From Octopus vulgaris (lineage: Eukaryota), in assembly GCA_951406725.2 (NCBI GenBank), contig OX597822.1, positions 47,988,001-48,052,000 on the forward strand: DNA of 64,000 bases, given 5' to 3'. A program made the translations under genes and the position numbers. Below, one piece after another: positions 26,265-37,456 of this stretch. The notes beneath the pieces are model-generated. The model saw only the letters and a list, made by a program, of their open reading frames with translations. It did not search any database and had not been told where the DNA came from. Each line of letters starts with the position of its first letter. Position 1 is the first letter of the stretch.

Positions 26265-26969
26265 GACAGACAGACAGAGACACAGAGAGAGAGAGAGAGA
26301 ACGGATTCTATATAATAGATAATGCAAAAACAAATAAGTGGTGCTTTCCCTTTCATTTAAGACGTTAAAGTAAGATTCGAAGGAGATTTGGCGGCATTTA
26401 ACTACGAGAATTTACTATAAAGGGGATCAACTCTGTATGGAATAAATAGCCGAAAGTATTTCATTCGCCCTTTTAACATTGAGTGCCATCTTACCCATAA
26501 GAAATAAAATATAAATAATAATAAATAAAAAAAGGAAATTATTTTATTTCACTAATCGAAGTGTTCTCTTTTATTCGTTTCAGTTATGTTGGAGCACCGC
26601 CTAGTATTTTTTCTATCTATTTCTTTATTGCCCACAGGGGGCTAAACATAGAGGGGACAAACAAGGACAGACAAAGGGATTAAGTCAATTGCATCGACCC
26701 CAGTGCGTAACTGGTACTTATTTAATCGACCCCGAAAGGATGAAAGGCAAAGTCGACCTCGGCGGAATTTGAACTCAGAACGTAGCGGCAGACGAAATAC
26801 GGCTACACATTTCGCCCGGCGTGCTAACGGTTCTGCCAGCTCGCCGCCTTCTTATTCTATCGGTCTCTTATGCCGAACCGCTAAGTTTATTGGGACGTAA
26901 GCACACCAGCATCGATGTCAAGCGATGTTGGGGGACACATACACAAGCGCGGGCACACGCACACACACA

Positions 26970-27480
26970 CCGTAAATCCTCGAATATAATCCGCACTTTT
27001 TCCCAAAATTTAAAGGTCAAAATCCTTAGTGCGTACTATATACGAGGTTAAAAATGAAAAATATTTTCTAAGCATTGTCCGAGTCTCTATTTGCTGTCTG
27101 GCAATGTTTATTCAGACGCATTTTGTGATATCGAGCATTAGAATACCTTAAGCTAAGCCTGAAAGCAATAAAGTCATAAAAGAATCATCCCTAACTTGCA
27201 ATAAGCAACATTTATTAAACCTTATTTCTGTTATTTCTTTATTTTCTGCAAACAAAATGCACAAAAAAGCTACACGTTTGCATTATGTTATATATACAAT
27301 AATAATAAAGGACGTTACCGTATACATTTTTTCAAACCAAGGTCGTTATATAGACCTCCTTGACTCAAGTTAGAGAAGGGGTGCGTATTATACACAAGGT
27401 TTAGGTTTTTCAGAGGTACAGCACCCTAAAAATCCCCTGCGTATTATACTCAAGGGCGGACTATACTCGAGGATTTACGG
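26970..27480. mobile_element. pogo/Tigger-like MITE nested in the (CA)n tract of a SINE
   Basis: TIRs CCGTAAATCCTCGARTATARTCCGC / GCGGACTATACTCGAGGATTTACGG followed by TA. Confidence 0.75.
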
Positions 27481-27989
27481 TATATACACGACGGGCTTCT
27501 TTCAGTTTCCGTCTACCAAGTTCACTCACAAGGCTTTGGTCGGCCCGAGGTTATAGTAGAAGACGCTTGCCTAAGGTGCCACGCAGTGGAGCTGAACCTG
27601 GAACCATGTAGTTGGTTAGCAAGCTACTTACCACACAACCACTCCTGCGCCTGAAAAAAGTTATAGCTATATTCTTTTTTTAATCAATCTTTTCAATACC
27701 CAAAACCAGAATTCTTGATATCAGTTTAGGAAACACATAATTGTAGAAAATGCTGTTTATTTATTAAATAGTCTGAACTAGAAGAAGAGTCCGTGAAAGG
27801 TCCGTGTTTCGTGAACTTTGTACCACCCGAAAAATTGATGCGCAAGAAGAACATGGGCAGGACTAAGCTAGATGAAAGAGCCTCTATGAGGTGCTCGACC
27901 TACAACAAATAGCAACCAAATTTCTCTCAAACCGTACTCCGCTGTCTTGATAAAAGTCGAAAAATAGTGAAGGACACAAGATTTGACAT

Positions 27990-30010
27990 AACTTCAAGAA
28001 ATGTTTTTCATGTTTTGTTCATGGATTCGGTACTGGTTTGGCATAATTGTGGTGTTTTGTTCCCATGTTAAAGAAATATGGAAGTAAGATGGGTGGATAA
28101 GTACTTTCATAGAAGTGTGTGGTGATGTTGGATAAGACAACAGTAGGTCGTTGATATACAGATGGAAGAATGTTGGGGAACACATAAGTACACTAATGGT
28201 TGATAAAGCATTCATATGGTCCAGAGAGCCCTCCGTCAAGTACATGTCACAATGGTGTGATTAGATTGTAAGTGTCCAATCTAAGAAATGAGAAACGAAC
28301 GGAATCCATTGATAAACTGTTAACGGATTCGCATGCCAGGCACTGTCGTATGTTTTACTGCTGCCAAATGCAACAAATTAGTTGGCACCAAATTTTATGT
28401 TGAGCAAGGGTTCAATGCTGAGTGACAGAATAGGTGACTCCCGTGCATCTGATTTTGTGAAAGCTATGCTGGTGGTCATTAAGGAATGAAAGAGATTCTA
28501 GATATTGAAAAAACTTATTCTTAATGGCAGTCTCAATCACCTTTCAAAATGAGAGCATTAGGCTCAACAACTGGTGGAGTCAAAGAAGTTGCCCTTCTTA
28601 GGAATGCAACGCACCGTGTTATTTAAACATCGGAACAGGACTCCGTACAGAAAGACTGAAGGATTTGGAGACGGTAGAAGCTAGCTCTGGATCGCAGTAT
28701 TTGAATGTTAACCTAATAGGCACTGTCAGCATTTTAATGGTTGCTTAGTTTAGAGCAATCGAAGATACTTTCGCACGAAGACGTATAATGTGCACGTGGT
28801 GGTAAACTTGCTGGATTTGAGAGAAATAGTTTTGGAGGAACTTTGTCTGACATGCGCAGCACATGGAGAGGCTTTCTCCACCGAAGTACGATTCGGTGGA
28901 GAGAAAATTCGTGGTTGCAAAATTGCAGAAAGGAGGATACTGTAGAGTTGATAGAGCTTCTCATGAGCACAAATAATTGGCTGTAGTTTGGGAGATGGGA
29001 GAACTTTCAAGATGTGCGAACTTTCAAGATCACCGCAGTTAAACAGACGGATTTCTGTAGACCCCCCCACCAAAAAAAAAGAAAAAAAACCTCCGCCCAT
29101 CCATGCTGCGATATTTCAGCCATCGTCTCATAATATCATATTTCACACGACGGACATGACAAACCACTTCAAGGTTACGATATAAATATTTACATGATTT
29201 TTCTCAGTCGTTCATTAAATTAAATATTAACAAGCAGTACTATCTGCCCCGGTAGCACAATCGGTTAGCGCGCCGTACTTATAGACAGTACCTTCCTTGT
29301 GTTAATTCACAGGTCTGAAGAAATGCGGAGGTTGTGAGTTCGAGCCTCACCCGGGGCAGTAGTTTTTTCCTTTCTTTTTTTTTGTAATCGTATGTTACGT
29401 GCTTCGAGTGATGATCATGCAGGTGTTTGTAATAAATGGATAAAAGCTATTGTTGGTAATTTTGGGGCAGGGGATATTTGAGGTTATGAGTTTTGGCTGC
29501 GTGGGATGTGGAAGGATACGCATAAGAATGTAATTATGATTCAGATCTTTCTAATGGGCCAGGATACAAAAATCCAATGCTAGGAAAATCATAAAACTGT
29601 TGGAGTTCCAACCATTCAGCTGACTCGAGATTCCACATGGGAACAATATGGCTAAAGAAAGGGTTGCATACTATGTGGATGGGTGGTATCGTGTCAAAAT
29701 AAGGCAATGGTCAAAACCTAGTAGAAGCAAAAATGGTCATGGAGGGGAAGAAGCAATAGGTAGCTAGAAGGAGAAGCGATCAGCCCTCGGTGACACTTTT
29801 AATGGGACGACACTTTTGGGTCTGCTGTATAAACCATGTGGCACATTCAAGGACTGAACCCGATAGCATACACTCTAGTTACGCCACTGGGATGATGAAG
29901 TGTTTACAAATGAGAAAGAAATCAAGGGTGCTTGGAGTGTCCGCATGTCGGTCATGGATGCGTAAAGGAGGAGAGACTAGTTTCTGGTGAATAAAGGAGA
30001 GCAAATAATT
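27990..30010 (-). mobile_element. Decayed LINE (RT/endonuclease) remnants interrupted by the tRNA copy 1 segment
   Basis: SPTFFHLYINDLL (RT motif-like) in ORF 27994..28245. Composition is similar on both sides of 29029-29392. Confidence 0.5.
29246..29358 (+). tRNA. tRNA-Ile(UAU) with 39-nt intron (29284-29322), copy 1
   Basis: Cloverleaf: acceptor GCCCCGG/CCGGGGC, anticodon stem CCGTA/TGCGG, loop CT-TAT-A then intron, T arm GTGAG-TTCGAGC-CTCAC, discriminator A, downstream T6 terminator. Resembles metazoan Ile-TAT genes. Confidence 0.92.
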
Positions 30011-31862
30011 CGATTTGTGCAACAGCAGCATCATGGTAAATGTGTGTGCGTTTGTGTGAAAGACAAGAAGAATTGTAAAAGTTGAGTGCCAAGACTTTTG
30101 GTCTCTGAAATGGTCGACTAACTCAACACTTTTTTCCCCATTAAAGTAACATTATTTTCCTTTTAAAGTAGAGTTGGTTTGAAGGCGGCGAGATGGCAGA
30201 AACCTTAGCACGCTGGGCGAAATGCTTAGCGGTATTTCGTCTGTCTTTACGTTCTGAGTTCCTTTCGGGGTCAATAAATTAAGTACCAGTTGCATACTGA
30301 GGTCGATCTAATCGACTGGCTCGCTCCCCCAAAATTTCGGACCTTTGTGCCTAGAGTAGAAAGGAATCGTTAGCGGGATTTTGCCCGTCGCTACGTTCTG
30401 AGTTCAAATTCCAGCGAGGTGAACTTTGCCTTTCTTTCTTTCTGAGTCGATCCAATATGTACCAGTTGAATACTTGAGTCCATGTACTCAACTTATCTCC
30501 GCTCTGAAACATTTTCAGACCTAGTGCTTAGAAAGAGACCCCCCCCACCAAAAAAAAACAAACAAAAACAAAAACAAAAAAAAAACATAGAAGTGTTTAA
30601 AATAGAAACATGATTATATAAACTTTATATAAGCATAGGTGTATGATTAAGAAGTTCGCAACCACATAGTTACGGTTTCGGTCCTACTGTGTGACATCTT
30701 GTTAGAAGTAGCAATAGCTTCGCGCTGACCAATGCCCTGTGAATGAATTTAGAAGACGGAAACTGCGCGGAATCCCGTTGAATACTCATACATGTACACA
30801 CACACACATTCACACTCACATATACATTCATATATATGTGTGTGTGCATGTATGTATACATGCGTGCTCATGTGTGTATGTGTGTGTTTCTCTTTTACTG
30901 CTTGACAATCAGTTCTGGTTTGGAAACTTACTATTTGTAAATCTCACAAGGAGAGATATTCAGCAACAGTACTTTGTAGTAAAGATTGTTTGTCAACATA
31001 ACATGGCAGTCCTGGTTTAGGACTAATGTTGCTGTAATTTAGCCCCAGGAGACATTGTTTCCAGCTGGCTATACGACACGATTTGTGTCCTTATATTTTC
31101 GAACAAGGGAATCTAGCACCCAAATCGCGATACACAGATATTGTTTTGAGCTGAGTTGGGGTGCTAGATTTTCTTGTTCGAAAATATAAGGACACAGATC
31201 GTGTCATATAGCTACTTCATTTCTCCCTCTGACCAAGGTTGGTCAGCCAGACCTCGTTGAGTCGTCACGATGTGACTGACTGATTTTTGCTTGGGGTGTG
31301 CTTGCTTACATAAAGATCCAGAAGAATAGATATATCATCGAGAACAATGCTATCGTTTGAACTCATTTTAGAGCTGAGTGGAGTCACGTGAAATAGAATG
31401 TTTTGTTTAATGACACAACGCACGACCGTTGCAGAAACCAAAACCACCATCTCTCTCTCGCCTTCTCTCTCTCTGCGTGCACGCTTTTGTACGTCTATGT
31501 ATGAGTGCATATGTCTTTATACTTGCATTCGTTTTCCATCACCGCTTCACAAACAGAGCTGGTTTGTTTATGTCTCCGTTACTTAGCGGTTCAGCAAAAG
31601 TAACCGACAGAATAAGCACCAGAAATAAAATAAATAAATAAATAAGCAGTGTGTGTGTTTTGTTCGACTAAAACTCTTCAAGGCGATGCCCCAGCATGAC
31701 CGCAGTTCAATTATTGAAACCAGTTAAAGCTAAAATAAAAAGAGAGACCCGCTCAATCAGCACTGATTTTAATTAAAGTTAACGCACTTCTGTTATAATG
31801 TTAGTTTTTCAAAATTTATAGGATAAAAACGTTGTCGCCATCTAAGTTTTCGATTACATCCA

Positions 31863-32541
31863 ATGGCAGACGTAAAGGACATGGTCCGCACCCCCTTTCG
31901 GTTATTATTTTTTTGGTGGGGGTAGGGTGGTTCTACAGAAACCCATCTTTTCGACTGCAGAGATTCCGAATCTACAAAAGAAAAAAAAAAATTTTTTAAT
32001 CGGCATTTCAAAATTTTAATCCACCCCTACCCCACTCCACTCCCCAATTTTTCAAATTTTTTAGAAATATTTTTTGGCGAAATACGGAGAACAATACGGA
32101 GATTTTGATTCTGAAAAAAAAAATTGTAAAATTTCAATTTTTCTAAATAATAATAATAATATTGTGCTTACGAACCACATGGTTCCGGGTTCAGTCCCAC
32201 TGCGTGGCACCTTGGGCAAGTGTCTTCTACTATAGCCTCGGGCCGACCAAAGCCTTGTGAGTGGATTTGGTAGACGGAAACTGAAGGAAGCTCGTCGTAT
32301 ATATGTATATGTATATATATACGGGTGTGTGTTTGTGTGTCTGTGTTTGCCCCGCCCCCAACATCGCTTGACAACCGATGCTGGTGTGTTTACGTCCCCG
32401 TAACCAAGCGGTTCGACAAAAAGAGAACCAATAGAATAAGTACTAGGCATCCACAGAATAAGTCTTGGGGTTAATTTGCTTGACTAAAGGTGGTGCTCCA
32501 GCAGGGCAACAGTCAAATGACTGAAACAAGTAAAAGAGTAA

Positions 32542-32610
<69 letters not shown>

Positions 32611-33340
32611 CACCTACTAAAATAGCAGACGTAAAAAGTATCTAAACAGAAAATTCGACATGCTAGAAACAGCAGCTAAATGACGAATCATTTTTTTTTC
32701 AGACTTTTAATTTCCCTCACCCACTTTTTTTTTCTTTGCCAGAGGGATGGAGAGGGAGAAAATGAACATTTTGGAAACGTGTTTTGGGGGGTTTTCAAAA
32801 TCTTTAATTTTTAAGTACGCGCCCACCAGAAAGTCCGACAAGCTAGAAACAACAGTCAACCCGAAGATCCACTTTCTAAATACGAATTACTAAAAAAGAA
32901 AAAAATATCTCAAAAATATCATTTTGTTGTCGTGTGTGTGTGTGTGCGTGCGCAGAAAAACTAATTTTTAAAGACCTCTCTTAATTCCAAAAGACCCTCA
33001 ACCACGTTCATTTTCTCACAAATGCGCTGGCGGAGTGGAGGGGTGTGTGTGTTTATTTATTTATTTATTTTTGAAAAATGCAAATTTTACAAATTTTTTT
33101 AACTTTCAGAATCATAATCTCCGTATTTCGAACCCCACTCCAAAAAACAATTCTTAAAAAAGTGAAAAATTGGGGAGCGGAGCAGGGTGGGGAGTTAAAA
33201 TATTGAAATGCCGAATTTTTTTTTTTGCAGTTTCGGAATCACCGCAGTTAAAAAGACGGATTTCTGTAGACCCCCACCCCCACAAAAAAAAAACAAAAAA
33301 CTGAAGTGGGGTGCGGTCCATGTCCTTTACCTCCGCCCAT
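31863..33340. mobile_element. Foldback element with ~290-bp inverted arms; SINE and (AAT)n nested inside
   Basis: GGCAGACGTAAAGGACATGGTCCGCACCCC at 31865 vs GGGGTGCGGTCCATGTCCTTTACCTCCGCC ending at 33337; the arms keep matching inward. Confidence 0.7.
32543..32610. repeat. (AAT)n microsatellite
   Basis: Directly visible. Confidence 0.95.
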
Positions 33341-33481
33341 GTTGCGATATTTCCACCATCGTCTCATAATTTCATATTTCACACGACGGACATGACAAAC
33401 CACTTCAAGATTACGATATAAATATTTACATGATTTTTCTCAGTCGTTCAATGAATTAAATATTAACAAGCAGTACTATCT

Positions 33482-33594
33482 GCCCCGGTAGCACAATCGG
33501 TTAGCGCGCCGTACTTATAGACAGTACCTTCCTTGTGTTAATTCACAGGTCTGAAGAAATGCGGAGGTTGTGAGTTCGAGCCTCACCCGGGGCA
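33482..33594 (+). tRNA. tRNA-Ile(UAU) with 39-nt intron, copy 2 (identical to copy 1)
   Basis: Same sequence as 29246-29358, followed by an oligo-T terminator. Confidence 0.92.
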
Positions 33595-33943
33595 GTAGTT
33601 TTTTTCTTTCTTTTTTTTTTTGTAATCGTAATTATCGTAAAAATAGTTGGCAGAATCGTTACCGCGCCGGGCAAAATGCTTAGCGGCATTTCTTTCGTCT
33701 TTAAGTTCTAAGTTCAAATGACACTGAGGTCTATTTTGCCTTTCACCTTTTCGGGGTGAATAAAATAAGTGCCAGTTGAAAAAATAAAAAAAGAAAACGG
33801 TGATTATTAACTCACAGCATTCAATTATTAAACATTTATAATTCGAATGAACAAATAAAATTGAATATTAAGTATTTATGGAATTTTGATTTACTGTCAG
33901 GTGATTTTTGGCCAACCCTGTAAAAAAACCCCAAAAAAACAAA

Positions 33944-34342
33944 AGGCGGCGAGCTGGTTGAATCGTTAGTGCGCCAAGCGAAATGCTAAGCGGTATTTTA
34001 TCTGCCGCTACGTTCTGAGTTCAAATTCCGCCGAAGTCGACTTTGCCTTTCATCCTTTCGGGGTCGATAAATTAAGTACCAGTTACGCACTGGAGTCGAT
34101 GTAATCGACTTAATCCGCTTGTCTGACCTTGTTTGTCCCCTCTGTGTTTAGCCCCTTGTGGGTAGTAAAGAAATTGGTATTTCGTCTGCCGCTACATTCT
34201 GAGTTCAAATTCCGCCGAGGTCGACTTTGCCTTTCATCCTTTCGGGGTCAACAAATTAAGTGCTAGTTGCGTACTGGGGTCGATCTAATCGACTGGCTCC
34301 CTCCCCCAAAAGTTCGGACCTTGTGCCTAGAGTAGAAAAGGA
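33944..34342 (+). mobile_element. tRNA-derived SINE with Nin/Deu-like domain (family B), tandem units
   Basis: GAGTTCAAATTCC B box and GCCTTTCATCCTTTCGGGGTCGATAAATTAAGTACCAG domain. Further copies at ~16263, 21165, 21375, 26608, 30182, 35233-35792, 36073, 36783, 37665, 50290, 53370 and 62645. Confidence 0.8.
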
Positions 34343-34581
34343 TACTTAATTCAATGAAGAAGACAGCAAGCTGACAGGATCGTTTGCACGCTGGACAGAA
34401 TGCTCAGCAGCATTTCTTCTGCTGTTACGTTCTGGCCCAGGTCGACATTGCCTTTCATCTATTTAGAGTCGATAAATTAAGTATCAATTATGCACTGGCG
34501 AAAATTTCCAACCAATATTTAATTCAATAATTGACCGAAAACTATGAAAAATCCCCCAATTTTAATTGTAAAAAAGTACAT

Positions 34582-34727
34582 GCTCCGGTGGCACAATCGG
34601 TTAGCGCGCCGTACCTATAGACAGTACCTTCATTGTGTCAGTACTTATAGACAGTACCTTCCTCCGCATACCTTCCAGTCACAAGTCGGGAGGTATGCGG
34701 AGGTTCTGAGTTCGAGCCTCACCCAGG
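34582..34727 (+). pseudogene. Rearranged tRNA-Ile(UAU) pseudogene (copy 3) fused at its 3' end to a SINE
   Basis: U33>C, T-stem change (GTTCTGAG), duplicated anticodon/intron segment and an inverted insert in the intron. The 3' acceptor strand runs into a SINE head, with no T-run terminator. Confidence 0.85.
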
Positions 34728-35129
34728 CGCAGGAGTTGCTGTGTGGTAAGTAGCTTGCTTACCAACCACACGGTTCTGGGTTCAATCCCACTGCGTGGCA
34801 CCTTGGGCAAGTGTCTTCAACTAAAAGCCTCGGGCCGACCAAAGCTTTGTGAGTGGATTTGGTAGACGGAAACTGAAAGAAGCCCGTCGTATATATGTAT
34901 ATATATGTATGTATAAGTTTATCTCCCCAACATCGATGCTGGTGTGTTTACGTCCCCCGTAACTTGGCAGTTCGGCAAAAGAGACCAATAGAATAAGTAA
35001 TAGGCTCACAAAAGAATAAGTCCTGGGGTCGATTTGCTCGACTAAAGGCGGTGCTCCAGCATGGCCGCAGTCAAATGACTGAAACAAGTAAAAGAGTAAG
35101 GAGTAAAAGAGTAAGGAGTAAAAGAGTAC
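34725..35129 (+). mobile_element. Full-length family A SINE with (AAAGAGT)n-like tail
   Basis: Head AGGCGCAGGAG...GGTTCAATCCC, core, and a tandem tail GTAAAAGAGTAAGGA repeated. Confidence 0.85.
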
Positions 35130-35789
35130 GTAATTGTAAATGAAATTTTCGGATAATTGGCTTCAAATTTTGAAAGAAAGCCAGCAAAATCGTGGGACAA
35201 AGTAAGTCGATCATATTCATTGAATTAAATATTCTTTTCTATTCTAGGCACAAGGCGGGAAATTTTGGGGGAGGGGGCCAGTCGATTAGATCGACCTCAG
35301 TACGCAACTGGTACTTAATTTATCGACCCCGAAAAGATGAAAGGTAAAGTCGACCTCGGCGGAATTTGAACTCAAAACGTAAAGATAGACAAAATACCTA
35401 TTTCTTTACTACCCACAATGGGCTAAACACAGAGAGGACAGACAAACGGATTAAGTTGATTATATCGACCCCAGGGCGTAACTGGTACTTATTTTAATCG
35501 ACCCCGAAAGGATGAAAGGCAAAGTCGACCTCGGCGGAATTTGAACTCAGAACGTAGCGGCAGACGAAATACCTATTTCTTTACTACCCACAAGGGACTA
35601 AACACAGAGGGGACAAACAAGGACAGACACACGGATTAAGTCGATTTTATCGACCTCAGTGCGTAACTGGTACTTATTTAATCGACCCCGAAAGGATGGA
35701 AGGCAAAGTCGACCTCGGCGGAATTTGAACTCAGAACGTAACGGCAGACGAAATACGGCTACGCATTTCGCCCGGCGTCCAGCTCGCCG

Positions 35790-35827
<38 letters not shown>

Positions 35828-35828
35828 A

Positions 35829-36069
35829 CAGGGTTGGCCAAAAGTCACCCGACAGTAAATCAAAATTCCATAAATACTTAATATTCAATTTTATCTATTC
35901 ATTCCAATTATGAATGTTTAATAATTGAATGCTGTGAGTTAAAATCAACGTTTTTTTCTTCTTCAACATTTGTCCATCTCAGCGAAGTCTCATACAAAAT
36001 AATTTTTTGTTTCAATCTTAGAATTAAATGGGTTTAGATTAACTGTCAGGTGACTTTTGGCCAACCTTG
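35829..36069. mobile_element. Tc1/mariner-like MITE
   Basis: TA-CAGGGTTGGCCAAAAGTCACC...GGTGACTTTTGGCCAACCTTG-TA; partial copies at 33793-33920 and 36750-36780. Confidence 0.8.
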
Positions 36070-36319
36070 TATATTCTTCTCTACTCTAGGCACAAGACCC
36101 GAAAGTTTTGGAGAAGGTGCCAGTCGGTTAGATCTTGGTACTTAATTTATCGACCTCCCCCCCCCCCCAAAGGATGAAAGGCAAAGTCGATCTCGGTGAA
36201 ATATTTGAACCCAGAGCGCAAAGACAGGCGAAATGCCGCTAAGCATTCTGTCAATCGTGCTTACAATCCTCTCGGCTGGCTGTCTTCATTGAACTAAATA
36301 TTGACAGCTGTTGATGTCT

Positions 36320-36432
36320 GCCCCGGTAGCACAATCGGTTAGCGCGCCGTACTTATAGACAGTACCTTCCTTGTGTTAACTCACAAGTCGGGAGATATGC
36401 GGAGGTTGTGAGTTCGAGCCTCACCCGGGGCA
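36320..36432 (+). tRNA. tRNA-Ile(UAU) with 39-nt intron, copy 4
   Basis: Exons identical to copy 1; variant intron (…CACAAGTCGGGAGAT); T-runs downstream. Confidence 0.92.
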
Positions 36433-37134
36433 ACGGTATTTTTATTTTTTTTAAATTGCAGTTATCGTAAGACTTCACACATTTTCCCATTAAAATCAAA
36501 ATTAAGGAAATATATCATACAAAGTATCGGTCTGCAGTATTATTACTTTATTACTTAACACACACACTAAAATAACGATAAACACGAGTTTATCTTCTAG
36601 TACATCTGATAAAACACTGATATACTATAACATGAAATATTAAACATTAAAATGTTTTTAACATTAAGTGTTAAACACTAAAAGGTGGTCTATGTATCCA
36701 ACTTTGAAGACCGAATACTGCGTTATTGGTCTTGAGAGATCCTCTCTTATTAACTGTCAGGTGACTTTTGGCCAACCTTGTATATTCTTCTCTACTCTAG
36801 GCACAAGACCCGAAAGTTTTGGAGAAGGTGCCAGTCGGTTAGATCGACCCCAGTACGTAACTGGTACTTAATTTATCGACCCCCAAAGGATGAAAGGCAA
36901 AGTCGATCTCGGTGAAATATTTGAACCTAGAGCGCAAAGACAGGCGAAATGCCGCTAAGCATTCTGTCAATCGTGCTTACAATCCTCTCGGCTGGCTGTC
37001 TTCATTGGAATCATTTCAGTAATGAAAAATGAAAACGTTCTATCATCCGTCACTTTAACAATAAAATACAGTATTTGCAGAACTTTCGGAAATCCTTGAT
37101 TGAATTAAATATGGAATGACGCAGATGTCTGCCT

Positions 37135-37239
37135 GCCCTGGTGGCACAATCGGTTAGCGCGCCGTACTTATAGACAGTACACTCCCTGTGTTATTCAGGA
37201 GGGATGCGGAGGTTGTGAGTTCGAGCCTCACCCAGGGCA
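37135..37239 (+). tRNA. tRNA-Ile(UAU) with 31-nt intron (37173-37203), copy 5
   Basis: Acceptor GCCCTGG/CCAGGGC (compensatory change vs copy 1), TAT anticodon, oligo-T terminator. Confidence 0.92.
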
Positions 37240-37410
37240 GTATTATTTTTTTTTCCATTTATTTATTATAAACAGACATACACACGTGTCGTAGCAGTCA
37301 TGGGTTCCGGAATTTCCATATCACGCTATTTGCGACATCAGTGTTTGAAAAGATGTTAGTATTCTATACATCGCAGAAGCGATATTTGACTGGAATGTGG
37401 TGCCCGGCGC

Positions 37411-37456
37411 TTTCCATTGATGAGGTCCAGCAGACCGAAATCACATGATATGGGGA
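37411..37456 (+). ncRNA. Type I hammerhead-ribozyme-like motif (C3>U variant)
   Basis: Stem I TTTCCA/TGGGGA, core TTGATGA, stem II GGTC/GACC, GAAA, stem III ATCA/TGAT, cleavage triplet AUA. Confidence 0.5.

Noticed and set aside
33944-34035. SINE heads as tRNA genes
   Set aside because: They have A/B boxes but no complete cloverleaf or terminator, and they continue into SINE body sequence found many times in the window.
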